Source of the DNA: Eledone cirrhosa | Taxonomy: Eukaryota | Direction of reading: 5' to 3' | Assembly: GCA_964016885.1 (NCBI GenBank) | Contig: OZ024743.1 | Coordinates: 108,314,001-108,378,000 of the forward strand | DNA length: 64,000 bases | In this document: positions 12,679 through 25,962 of the stretch, one piece after another | How positions within the stretch are numbered: position 1 is the first letter of the stretch | Layout of the letters: every line of letters starts with the position of its first letter | Made by a program: the position numbers and the translations under genes | Notes under the pieces: generated by a model | The model's database searches: none | What the model was told of the DNA's origin: nothing | What the model saw: the letters and a program-made list of their open reading frames with translations, nothing else

Positions 12679-13312
12679 ATCTGTTCGGAGCTAAGTTCCC
12701 AGACAATGCGTGGACACAGGGAACATATACAAAAATAATTCAGTTGATGGAAAAAAGTAAGGGAGGACTAAATTCCAGGACATTGAAAAATCACTGCCTA
12801 TTTAGTCGGTGGCGAATTCAAAAGAATCAATCCCGTGACATCGAGGTCAATCAGTGAGGAGTGGGGGTGCTAATAAGACAGTAGCCTGGCTATTACTATG
12901 AACCATAGCAGTAGTTTTGGCAAATGTTTGTTCAACAAAATAATTTGGAGATAATTATAAAGAATTAGTATATCTACCAACATATATATACAGATGCATA
13001 CCTATGCTAGCAAATATATAGGTTTTGTCTTAGTAACTGTGTGGTTCAATGCAAGGGGATGCAGAACAATTATATGAAATACGTAAAATAAGAAAATTAT
13101 AAAAATTTACTTACTTACTGAAATTGCACTCCAACTAACTGACCTCGAAGTCACCCGATTGATTCTTTTGAATTAGCCACCGACTAAGTAGGCAGTGATT
13201 TTTTCAATGTCCTGAAATTTAGTCCTCGCTTGCTTTTTTTCCATCCACTGAATTATTTTTGTATAAGTTCCCTGTGTCCACGCATTGTCTGAGAACTTAG
13301 CTGAGAACAGAT

Positions 13313-13396
13313 CTCCCTGATGACGAAAGGATATTTCTCCATGTTGTTCCAATCGGAAACCATGTTTATTCCCTTTCAGAAACTAATTAGTTGGAG
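13313..13396 (+). ncRNA. Type I hammerhead ribozyme (right-arm copy)
   Basis: ctcc(13313-16)-CTGATGA(13317-23)-55-nt stem II region (gaaagg/cctttc plus nested catg..ttcc aatc ggaa..catg)-GAAAC-taatta-GTT(13390-92)-ggag; palindromic stem III actaattagt. Confidence 0.75.
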
Positions 13397-13449
13397 TGAA
13401 ATTTTAGTAAGTAAGTGAATTTTTATAATTTTCTTATTTTACATCTTTC

Positions 13450-13510
<61 letters not shown>

Positions 13511-15174
13511 TGTATGTGCGTGTATGTGCGTGTGCGTGCGTGTGTGCGTGTGAAAATATAGGCATATGTATATATGTATAGGCATATATACACATCTGTC
13601 CCTATATCTACCTTTATGCATATGTCTATACGTGTGTATGTATATGTGTTCGTCTCTGTGTGTGTGTTTGTGTTTGTGTATATATATATATATATATGCA
13701 TGTATGCATATGTGTAGTAAGGTAGGTATGTATGAACACAAAGCATCGCAATACACTGAATTGTGTCTCTTGGAAGGAGACAATTACAAGTTATTGGGAA
13801 GTAATTAAAAATAACAATTATCATACTTAAAACACTAAACTGCATGTTCCGATCTTATTAGCACTCTTTAAAATCTCCTATAAATAATATTTAGTTATTT
13901 CCATTCATTGCGTTTTTTACTACCTTGTTCTCTGTACGTTTGTGTCAGTTCGTTAGTACATGCATACACAAACAGACACAAACATACATACATACATGCG
14001 TTACACATACATAATGCCATGCGCCAAACATGAATAACGGCAATACCAATTATGAATGTTTTAATGGAAACGAAACGCGAAATAATAAAAAAAAAACATT
14101 AAATATGCAAACAAAAAAACTTGTATGGCAGGAATACTATATCTCAGCAACAAACATATTCGTGTGACATTATTATGATGTAACATCTATGAATATAATA
14201 ATACGCCATTTTAAAATGAAACTTCTGATATGAAATCAAATAAAATACTTAAGCCATTTTAGATTTCATTTTTAGTCTCTTTTCAGCAACATTAAGTGGT
14301 TAGAGAAGAAGAAATACTGGTGTAGAATTATAATACATTATGGCAATTACCCAGCCCACGAACAGAAAAAAAATATTTTGCACCGATTGCCATCTGATAA
14401 TTCTTTCAAATCGATTGAATTTCTTTCCTTAATGTAAACCTAAAATGAATATGGACTTGAAGGCTGCTCTTTATACCTATTGCTGTTGTGCTTATTGTTG
14501 TGTTAAAAACTGCATAATGTCAGAGATCAAAGATCTTAGAAAGATAAGAATACCACAATTAAAGCAGGTCACAGCCATCTCCACTACCAACAGCAGTATC
14601 GGCACTAACAGCAGCAGTATTATCTCAATCATATTCTTTTTTCATAATAAATGGATTGTTGTATGTGTGTGTGTGTGTGTTAGTGTGAGTATGTTCGTGT
14701 GGTGTAGTAAAAGGTTCATCAATCCAGGATATTATGTATATATTCTTCAACTATGAGTGATGTCACCTATAGCTATCCGGTTTAGAAGAGGGTCACCGTA
14801 TCCCTGCCGTTAGAAGCAATAAAAGGTTTCGTTTCAAGCTGTAAAACACTACCCTAAGCAATTCCGTACACCCCAAGTTCTTGTTAAAGCTGACCTAAAA
14901 TCTATGATGATATGTCTTCATTTGTGGATGCAAACGAAACAAAACGTTAACCAACTCATAATCAGGAAGCTGAAACTAGTTATATTAATAGTTTGATTTA
15001 TGCCTATAGTAGTAACCATTTCAAAACCAAAATAATTATAGTTCATAATTTTCCGTCCTAGTCTGGTTATTAGGATTTACGCTTTGCAACCACATGACAC
15101 ACAAACATACACATATACACCCCCCATACACACACACATCCGTGCGTGCACACACATACATACACACATATTTG

Positions 15175-15213
<39 letters not shown>

Positions 15214-15224
15214 CGTGATGATAT

Positions 15225-15406
15225 ATAATTGTTTCTACTTTTGGCACAGGGCCAGCAATAATACGAGTGTATTACTGTTACTTTATTTTATCAACCTCGT
15301 AAGGATGACAAGCAAAGTTAACCTCAGCGGGATTTGAACTCAGAATGGCAAGGGCCGTAACTCTTTGCTGCAAAGCATGGCGTCAGACCCTCTACCGATA
15401 CTGCCA
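15225..15406 (-). mobile_element. tRNA-derived SINE (main family)
   Basis: Full reverse-complement match to 2771-2957. Confidence 0.9.
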
Positions 15407-15592
15407 TATATAATGATGTATAAAATGGAAAAAACAACAACCATGTAGAGGGGTTGATATTATCAACTTTCCTTTTTCATTCAAAGTAGTGAGCCGATGA
15501 CCGTTGAATAGACGTCAATTGTTTGGAATGACTTCGATACGACTGCATCTATAATTGAAACGGCCATCGTTGTAACACTGCGTTCTCTCTCG

Positions 15593-15682
<90 letters not shown>

Positions 15683-15684
<2 letters not shown>

Positions 15685-15881
15685 CGAAGGAAATGTGGTA
15701 AGGAACCAGGTGGACCATAACGCACCAAAGTACTCAATACTTGAGGTAGTAGAGTGGGTAATAGGAGCCAGTAAGACCCCAACAGCTGAGCTCAAGCCGT
15801 TTCGACGGCTAATTCTGGACTAATGAGTCCAGAATTAGCCGTCGAAACGGCTTGAGCTCAGCTGTCGGGGTCTTACTGGTT

Positions 15882-15886
<5 letters not shown>
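15683..15886. mobile_element. (TA)n-embedded palindromic element with hammerhead 3' halves
   Basis: 78-bp leader plus 126-bp palindrome (15761-15886; 61-bp arms, 2 mismatches, loop aatg); GAAAC-ggct-tgagctc-agct-GTC (15844-66) forms stem III; second copy at 52797-52902. Confidence 0.8.
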
Positions 15887-15931
<45 letters not shown>

Positions 15932-16000
15932 AACTACGTTAATTGAGCACATGTCTACTACTACTACTACTACTACTACTATTACTAATACTACTACTAC

Positions 16001-16049
<49 letters not shown>

Positions 16050-16330
16050 TTTATCCTATAAAAGATACTCTCGCACACATACGTATATATATATATATAT
16101 AATTATTTTCAAACACAAATACCTTTTGCGCTATATAGACGTCATTTCTATTTGAAAAAAAAATGTTGAGCCCTCTCTACTCAATGTTTTGGATAACTGT
16201 CCCCCTCCATTTGTTTTATTGTAAACCTTTCTATTTCATATTATATATATGTGTTTGTGCTTGTGCTCGTGATTATGTTGAGATGGAAGAAAATATTCTA
16301 TACACGTAGTATTATTTACGCTCCATCCGC

Positions 16331-16740
16331 ACATAGTTACGACCCTTTACGTTATGAGTGTAAATCCCGCCGAGGTTTGCTTTGCCGTTCAAGTAATGCA
16401 CGAGTAATGCACTCGTGTCGATTTAATCGACTTTTCTTTCCCCTCCAATTGCTGGCATTGTGCCTAAATCAGGAACAAAAATGTACGTTACATGTTCTTG
16501 ATACCATAAAATAAAAAGCCCAGCCCGCATAAATTTGATTTCTTACGCTTCCGAAACAGCTATTAATATTGGCGGTTGATTCGTTCAATTGGTAATGTAA
16601 ATTACTTTGTGGTATTTAGTGACGTCCTTTTGAGTTCAAATCTCTCGAAGGAATCTTTGTTGCCATTGATCTTTTCGGGGTCTGTAAAATTAAGTACCAG
16701 TTAATTATTGGGGATCGTTTGCAGTAATCGACACTACGCA
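16331..16740 (+). mobile_element. Two decayed SINE copies (16331-16480 and 16571-16740)
   Basis: B-box remnants aaatcccgccgagg and tgagttcaaatc; core ttttcggggtctgtaaaattaagtaccag. Confidence 0.6.
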
Positions 16741-17949
16741 TTCCCATCCTCATATCTGTTTAGTTTAGAAAGAACCTATGTGAGAATGTTTTTTTTTTCC
16801 ATGTTGTTGCCTCGTTTTATACACACACACACGAACACACACACGCACACATACACACAAACACACACATATATACAGGCACATATGGCTAAGAAGAAGA
16901 ATCGTATACGTTAAAATATTCTCGCAAGCATGATCAAAGGCTAAATTCCTGGGCGTCGAGATTGCAATATTTACAAACTTCATCGGATGAATTTCTGACA
17001 TGAAAGAGGGTCTTGGAATGAGACCAAGATAACATTCATGCTCTGAGAGAAACCATGAGAAGCAACGAGAATTAAGACAAAATTCCCAACTTTTAAGACA
17101 AAAACATTTTACCCTAAGCTCACAGGATATAACGTCACGAAAAAATACCTTTATCTGAATGCCTGCCATTTTATCATCTTCTCTACTCTCCGTATATCAC
17201 TCTCACACTCTCTCAGCTTTCTCTTTCTCTCTTTTTCTACCATCATCTCCTTCTATCTCTCTCTTTTGTAACTCTCTCTCTCATTCTCAATCTACCCCTC
17301 CCCTTATCTATATATCTATCTATTTATCTAGCTATCTAGCCACCTATCGTTCGATCTTTGTCCCTGTATTTCATTTGCTTACATGTATATACATGTATAT
17401 ACTTGCATACATACATACATAGATACAATCACACATACATATATACATACATACATACATAAATGATTGCAAACAAATGTACTGAGCCTCACTGATCCCG
17501 TTATTGGCTAACTGACAAGACAATGTGTGTATCGTGGGTCAGTTCTTAACATCGAAAGGAGTCGGGTCCTATAATTATGGTGTATGTTGGGCTTTAGAAA
17601 TTCGTGGAGCCCGTCTGAAAACAGCTGATTTATCCCCACCCACCGACAGAAAAAAAAACGAAACGAAAATACAGAAATAAAGGTTCAGATAGATATAGAA
17701 AAAAGAAGTAAGAGATAGATATACAGAAGGAATCGACCATAAAACTAGATTAGTATCTTAATTTATTTCTATAAATTAAAAGAATGACAGGCAATTTGCA
17801 CACAACACAATGAATCGAAGCGAACACTAATAATGGTGACAATCGACCGCCTTTCGCAAGGTAACAAAGTACTCAATTTGAAATGATATATTAAAATGTC
17901 TTTTTTCAGGACACTTGCCACAAACGACAAATCCATATTTACTTATAAA

Positions 17950-18830
17950 TACGAAACTATGCCAACAAGAAAAATTGAAACATTCCGCAATTTCCTATTC
18001 CTTAGGGGAAACAAAAATCTTCCATAATTTTTCACTGGCATCATGACAAATCCTGTGCTAATAACATTTCTATGGTCTCTTCTGTGGTTCTTTGTTTCCC
18101 TAAGTACGAGTCCATATTGTCTGATGCGTAATATGGGTATGTTTCACGGTATTACCAAAAGTGCTTTTGTGTGCAGTGTTTGGATTTGTTAAAATATGTT
18201 GTCGATATACGCATCTTGATTAATAAAACTTGGAATGTGGTGGACGTATATATTTGGAACATTTTGTTATTGATTTGCTTAGTTTTTCCTTCAGAATTCC
18301 ACTCGTGAAACATACAATTTATTCAAAGTTCTTGCTGATGTATTGCTTATTTCCAATGACACATCATATGATAAATGCAGCGATTTGATAATAAATGTTT
18401 AGTCATTTGAACATAAAAATATCTACGTTAAAACGTCCACAAAGGAAATTGGTAGCATCCCTAGTTGAACAAAGTTGCATGGATGAGTTATTTGTGTAGA
18501 ACAACGATTGTTATTTGGAGTTTTAATGTGATATACGTATATGAGGCATTTACATTCAAGAGTTGTATTAAACGTTTGCCCTAAATTTTTTGTATGATCA
18601 ACCTGTTGAATTAGGGCCCGTGATGGTAAATGTATGTTTAACATAATCCCGATATTCCTGAAAAATCGGTGCGATGGTATTTTCTGGGAACTTCATTTAA
18701 TTGACCTTTGTATTCAGACACTATGCAGCCAATTGGCAGCGTCTTCAAATTGTAGTATAGAATGATGTGTAGTGTTCGATCAGACGCTTTGTGCCGTAAG
18801 GTCGTCCCGCAGAAGAAAATGTCATTTTCA
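17950..18830 (-). pseudogene. Decayed LINE ORF2 (reverse transcriptase C-terminal half; L2/Jockey/I-like)
   Basis: Frameshifted minus-strand peptides in the expected order: SADDL (YADD-like, needs a 1-bp fix), LQFEDAANWLHS, KFPENTIAPIF, IQQVDHTKNLGQTFNTTL (KYLG motif), SLHLSYDVSLEISNTSARTLNKLYV; left boundary approximate. Confidence 0.6.
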
Positions 18831-18931
18831 TCTTTTCAAGGTTGATAGAAAATATTATAATATTGTGTGATACTACTAACACAAACACTCACATAAACAC
18901 ACACATACACACACACACACACCCGTATATA

Positions 18932-19001
<70 letters not shown>

Positions 19002-19126
19002 GTAATAATAATAAATTTGAAGACTAAAATGCAAAGAGGGCTCGAGCTTCAGAAGATCCCGTTAAGGGTGAAAGCAGCGATTCTTTGCTTAAGCTTTAAT
19101 CTGTTATTTTAGTAAATATATATATG

Positions 19127-19181
<55 letters not shown>

Positions 19182-19230
19182 GTGTATGTTTACGCATATA
19201 TGCATATATGTATATGTAAATATGTATATG

Positions 19231-19332
<102 letters not shown>

Positions 19333-19533
19333 TGTGCGTGATTGTGGTTGCGTGTATGTGTGCGTTGCATAAATTCACATATCTGTTTCACTGGCAATGT
19401 CTTTTGTGCAATAAAAATAGTGCCATAAAAGCGAATGTTTAACAGACCAAATGGAAAGGAAAACCCGGAAATGTATAACTGTGAGAATGTGATATATATA
19501 TATATATATATACACACATACACATACATACAT

Positions 19534-19574
<41 letters not shown>

Positions 19575-19576
19575 TG

Positions 19577-19617
<41 letters not shown>

Positions 19618-19888
19618 AAGATGTTGGAAAAAAAGAACAACAATTTAAATGAAACGTTTAACTACAAAAATCATAAATATTGCAAAAACAGCCAATACAA
19701 TAAATGACTATAACAATAACAACAAACAAAAAATGACAAACTTATACACAAATTTAACCAAAACAAAGAAAAAAAAATAATGTGAACATTATTTAGATGC
19801 TAGAATTTTTCACTTCATTGCCGCCTTATTTTGTTTCTTTTACAAACATTTTTTTGTTTCTCTCTCACTAACACCCGTCGCTCCAGCA

Positions 19889-20022
<134 letters not shown>

Positions 20023-20277
20023 GCCGACATACGCCACCACCTTCATCATCTGAACTGTTCAATAGTTAATCGAATAGCATAATTTATTGGGAAGTAGGGG
20101 AAGCATAAACAGTGGATGTAAAAAATTGATAGAAATGATAGATACACACACACACACGCGCACACACACATACACACACACACATACACACACACACACA
20201 TACAGAAACACACGCACACACACAAACATGCGTGTGTAAATATATATATATATATATACATCGCTATTTCTAAGCCC

Positions 20278-20334
<57 letters not shown>

Positions 20335-20395
20335 GGTGTGTGTAATGCCTACATGTATATATATGTGTATGCATATATATGTATATATATATATA

Positions 20396-20449
<54 letters not shown>

Positions 20450-21162
20450 CATATATGTGCATGCACACACACAAATACACACGCACACAAACACACACAT
20501 ATAAGAATGACATTAATAATAATAACATCAATATTAAGGTTATTTTTGATGATATTTCTGACGATATTAATAATATTATTAATAGTGATGTGTCAGTCAT
20601 TTTTGAAAAATAGCAACAATATCTATGGCGATGTTGATGTTGATAAGTAGAAGTAACATGGCGATGGTGGAGGGTTAGTGATAATAGTGAACATTATGGT
20701 GATTATTATGCCAATTATGATGATGATGATGAACATAATTTTCATGACGACGATGATGATCATTATTATATCAATAGTGAGAGTCGAATCAGTTGAAACG
20801 ATTGGTTATAAATTGTGCTATTGGAAAAAACGTATCTAGGTTATGTAAGTTACAAACCGATAAACAGTACTCTAATAAGATACGATACTTCATTACAATT
20901 TTAAGGAACATACTATATACTACAAATACAGAAATATATATAGGTCTATACATACAAATAGTATATACTATACATACAACTAGTCATATACGCACATACA
21001 TGTTTGTATATATGTATATATAAAAGGCACATATAACGAAAAGCATTATTATTAAAATATTTTATAGACTTACGTCCGTTTCACCAGAACAACTAACAAT
21101 GCAATAAGTTCATTCCTTTTTATTAAGTCCAAGTGTTGGGGCTAATCTCGCCTTTTCTTTTA

Positions 21163-21213
21163 TTTTATCTGATGAACATGTGAGCATACATGCGAAACAT
21201 CGGGGTAACAAGA
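21163..21213 (+). ncRNA. Minimal type I hammerhead ribozyme
   Basis: ttttat-CTGATGA-a(catgt gagcat acatg)c-GAAAC-atcggg-GTA-acaaga; one mismatch in stem I and an a.c pair closing stem II. Confidence 0.65.
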
Positions 21214-21371
21214 CACAATTTTAGCCATCATGAGTAAAATGATAAAAGGTAATATGGAATTGAGTACAGATTTTCGCAACCGTCAATAAGGAAGTCACAG
21301 AATGTGTGACGAAGGAGATTTGACAATATATAAACAACATTCCGGTTATCAAACCAACTAACAAGCCGGAA

Positions 21372-22142
21372 ATATATATACATAAATGACAATTTCTGTC
21401 TGTTTGTGTGTTTGTTTGTGAACCTAAAACTCAAAAACTACCAAACCGATCTAGATGAAACTTGACACGTGTGTGGGGATAATGGCCATTTGATTTCTTA
21501 CGTAAATTACATTTTAATCAAAGGGTTTCCCGGGGGCTCAAACCCACACTGAATATGTTTTCCCTTCGATTCATATGAAATTTAAACCATAAATGACAAG
21601 ATATAATGCCTATTCAGAAAATTTCACAAATTTCAATAATATTAAGACACTCTAATGGGGGTTAAACCCCGCTATCGTGAACATTTGGCCAATAGAAGGA
21701 ACAAGATTTCACGAACTCCTCCTATGTTTTTTTGAGATATACCAATATAACCATATATATTCTGAAACTACATTGCCCAGGGTACCTGGATGAGTATATT
21801 TCATTTTAATCAAAGGGTTCCCCGGGGGAACAAAACCCCCGCTGATATTTAAACCATAGGTAAATGACAAGATATGATGCCTATTCACAAAAGTTTTGAA
21901 TTGATATTTTGAAAAAATGATTTACAAGAAACAAAATAAGAATAAGATTTAATAATGAAATTTTGATTTGATATATTACAAAAAATAATGTTTTCCAATT
22001 TTTCATGCATTACATTTTACACTGTGTAATTTTGAAATGCAGAGTTTTTCTCCATAAATTATATTGCTGATTCAAAATCAATCATCATTCATTTACCAAA
22101 AAAAATGTTTGAAACGCAGCAAGGCGCGGGTAATTCGGCTAG
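21372..22142 (+). mobile_element. Non-autonomous Helitron-like element
   Basis: 5' atatatatacataaatg then (ctgt/gttt)n and aaactaccaaaccgatctagatgaaacttg; 3' GC-rich cgcagcaaggcgcggg then CTAG (22139-42) followed by T; internal duplication 21511-21630 vs 21803-21895; canonical 5' TC not preserved. Confidence 0.7.
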
Positions 22143-22559
22143 TTTATAATCAATTGAAGTGAAACCAACAGGGGCGTGCGTTTTTATTGGCAGCATGACA
22201 CTCCCAAATTATAACAATATACATACATACATATGTGTAAGCATATATGCACTCATGCATTTAGACTTGCGATCTTCCGCTCGTTAATTCAACAGTCTAG
22301 CCACCAAGATATACTTAAAGATACATTCGGTGTGTGTATGTATGCATGTATGTATGCATGTGCGTATGTATGTATGCATGTATGTATGTATGTATGTATG
22401 TATGTATGAATGTTTGTATGTATGCGTATATGTGTGTATGCATGTATGTATGACAGGTATTAGTTAATATGTTAATAAAATGCTGCCCACTGAAATTATC
22501 GTCAATCAATGGATTACATCATTCTCTATATTCACATTATATTAGTTGTTTTATTGTTA

Positions 22560-22635
<76 letters not shown>

Positions 22636-22652
22636 GTATATATATATATATA

Positions 22653-22718
<66 letters not shown>

Positions 22719-23039
22719 CATATATATTATTATATTGTCTTGCCTGGTGACTGTGTGTTCATATAGCCACAGACTCCAGAGTAATAAGAATGAAAAGTAA
22801 TACTTTCTACTATGATACTGAGTACTCATTCTCGCGTCGAAACACACTATATGTATATATATATATAATATATATCATACTGCATGATAAAATTGATGGA
22901 TAGAAATGTTCACAACCCAGATGCATCCATCAATTCCTGATTGGATATATTGATTTATCGATTTATTGATTTATTGATTTGTATGTGTGCTATTTTATCC
23001 TATATTCTTGGCCAGGTTTGACTTCATTCTCAGCACTTC

Positions 23040-23440
23040 AATGCGTAATTGTGAATGATAGACTACTGGACGTTGTACGTTTTCATTGCTACGATAGGTA
23101 AAATGGTTGTAAACGCTCCCAGTCTATTCATTAGGGCGTGTGTCCTACTATCGTAAGGAGTTGTTTCCTTGAATAAGGCAATTATTTGACCTTATTCCAG
23201 TCATCCAATCAACTAGCAAAAATGTATTGTACTCGTTATTCAAAGGAGCAACGACGTCACATTATGTCGCACTGAATTACCGCGATAACTACCTTTAAAG
23301 GGGCACATGTCTATCGAATCATTACCCACTGGCACGTTAATTTTCTGAACAGGCTCTTGGCTTATGCGAAGAACTAGCACACATCTCCTCGTCACGTGCA
23401 GGAATTCCCAACCCAAACCCTTCCACAGAAAACCCCCCAA
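23040..23440 (-). pseudogene. Highly decayed LINE reverse transcriptase N-terminal fragment
   Basis: With one frameshift the minus strand gives DDWNKGQIIALFK...HALMNRLGAFTTIL, resembling the W-x2-G-x-I-x-PL-x-K...YRPIAL...K-x-F-x2-IL region. Confidence 0.4.
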
Positions 23441-24844
23441 AAAAACCTAAAAACTATTTGGGTGCTTTAGATATAAATTAATTCTGAAGTAAGAATTGGG
23501 ATAACGTTGTTAGTCTTAGCTAAGCTCGATATATTTTTGTGATAAATATTGGTGTACATTTTCTCTCTTTGAAAAGGGTGTGCATCGAGCATAGAGCAGT
23601 CGTGAGATTTGGCATGAACCTTGTTGTTGAGTGTAGGTGTAGTAGTAAAGCGTCACCATCACAGGCCAACAAACATACATCTGGTTCTGTGAGTATCATC
23701 GGTTCGTGAGGATAGCGCAATATATGTTGTGAAGCCCACTTCACTCATGTAGCCATTGAATTCCTCCTCAATTACATATGGAAACTCAAAGAATTTCTAG
23801 TAGCAACCATGTACTATGGTTTATGTGCCCCCCCCCCCCGCCTTTTTATCCCTGATTCGGAGGTCCTTTAAAGGTCATCAGTGTTGCTCTTGCTTTTATG
23901 ACTAAGCAATAAAAAAAACACAACGCCGGATTCTATATCCCTATAACTAACCGGCTCTATTTTCTTCCCCTTGTCACTCTTTCCTTCTCTCCCTTCACTC
24001 TCTGCCTCTCACTGTCTCACTCTTTGTTTCTTTTACCATTTCACTATTTTTGTCATTTTCATGCTATTTCTCTCTATCCCAGCCTCCTCTCTTTCTTTGT
24101 CTATTTTACAATCTATACACTTTTTCTGTCTCACTCTCGTCTCACCACTCTTTATCACTCTCTCTGTTTTTGTTTCTCTCTCTAAATATTCTCTCGTGTA
24201 TGCAATGTTGACCAAATTACTTCCCTTTCCCTCCGAACAAATGCCATGTCGCCTTCATTTCTCTTTACACTACCTCAGCCGTCATATTTGTTTTCTTAGC
24301 TCTTCCACTAGTTATCTCTATTCTTTAATCTTAATTTGATCCATCGTTCAACCACCTTCCTCCCCCAATCTCTCATTCCCCGCTTCTGTATACCCCTTCC
24401 TATCGCCCTCTCAACCATATCTTCTGTTGCCACCACTAGCAATCCCCACCTCAATATACATTGTTTTATATGTTTGATGATTTTTTCTTCTTTTTACTTC
24501 CCTTCCAACGCGGCTGCCTTGTGCTCACAAACAAATTTAATTACTACTACTATTACTACTGCTGCTACTGAAACTTACAAAATTACATCTCTTTTCCACC
24601 AACCAGAAACATTAACAGCAAAAACAGTACGAGTAACATCAACAGCAACACTAACAGTAGTAACAGTAGCAACAACACCATTAGCGGCAATGCATTCCCA
24701 ATATTACCAATAATGTGCCAACTCCCTCCTTAAGATATAATAAAAGAAATTTACCTAGAATTTTCCCAAACCCAACGCTAACAACAATATCAAACATTAA
24801 TATGGTTTCTTATATAGTCACATGGCCAGAATATCAAATATTAA

Positions 24845-25266
24845 GTGGATTGGCAGTATCGGTAGACGGTCGGGCGCCATTATTTGGCCCAAAGAGTTAC
24901 GGCCCTTTATGGTCTGAGTTCAAATCCCGCCGAGCTTAACTTTTGCCTTTCATCCTTACGGGGTCGATAAAATAAAGTACCAGTAATACACTTGGATATT
25001 TGCTGACCTTTTGACAAAAGTTGAAACAATTAATGACAAATAGAAATCATACGTAACCACATATTTCCCTGGCTTTTCATTGGCTATTAACTCCCTATAT
25101 GTCGGACACCATGCTATGCATCATACAATAACGGCCCCTTACGATCTGAGTTCAAATCCCGACGAGGTTAGCTTTGCGGGGGCGATAAAATAAAGCACCA
25201 TTAATGCACTAGGGTCGATTTAATCCACTTTCCCCTCCCCCCAAATTGCTCACGAAACAATTATTA
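24845..25266 (+). mobile_element. Two tandem SINE copies (24845-25032 and 25101-25266)
   Basis: A and B boxes and core in the first; the second is 5' truncated with a gggtcgatttaatc 3' segment. Confidence 0.85.
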
Positions 25267-25348
25267 TCATTGTTTCGTCTGCCGAGACGTATTTGAATGT
25301 CGCTCCGTAAGGTATCAATTTTCACGTGTTTACACTGTATTCATACTC

Positions 25349-25414
<66 letters not shown>

Positions 25415-25417
<3 letters not shown>

Positions 25418-25962
25418 TCACAGACTTCTGGAGTTGTGTCGAACAGCTGATATCGCGTATAGGACGGATCCATCCGGCTATCGACCGAGTCCGACAGTGA
25501 AGATCGCTCCACTGCCTTCTTTTGGCCGGGTACGGCAGTCAGTTTTCCTGTGTCTGTTGGTAGTAGCGAAAGAGGTTGAGTCATTAACTTTTTCAAGTTT
25601 CATTTGGAAAGAAAGGTGAGGGTGTAGATAGAAGTGCCCCCCCCCCCCCCCATAATATATTTGCTAAAAGGTGGGTGAATGTAGCGAGATGGCCCGTTGG
25701 AATGAGCATCATCTGAGTATGCGCCTGTAGGCAGGATAATATGAGGAGAAGGTTCGGGTGGTTCAGGATTGGTGGGGTACCTAAGTCACCCTGGGTGGTT
25801 CAACCCTGTATTTGGGAATTTATTGTGTCATATTTTTATTGTTAATTGTTTCTGTTAATTTGAATGTTAATCGATTTTATTGTAACACCCTCTGTTCCTG
25901 TCTTTCTATTGTTCGCCCTTGTGGCCAACAAATGAAATAATAATTATTACTATTATCATTAT
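25415..25962 (+). mobile_element. 3' fragment of a LINE (probably Tx1/L1 clade) with (ATT)n tail
   Basis: Broken frames DFWSCVEQLISRIG / IAPLPSF...VFLCLLVVAKEV / FFKFHLERKVRV / FAKRWVNVA; ends cccttgtggccaacaaatgaaataataattatt; same terminus inverted at 38240-38340. Confidence 0.55.

Larger units (their letters stand above)
12427..13454 (-). mobile_element. Retrozyme-like / non-autonomous Penelope-like element: 529-nt unit, tail repeat and inverted copy
   Basis: Direct repeat 12427-12602 = 12956-13136 (period 529); inverted repeat 12542-12852 vs 13137-13454; hammerhead in each inverted arm; TA/TG arrays on both flanks; no credible ORF. Confidence 0.8.

Noticed and set aside
12639-12857. 72-aa ORF inside the hammerhead element
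   Set aside because: Non-ATG start, antisense to the ribozyme strand, and no recognisable motif
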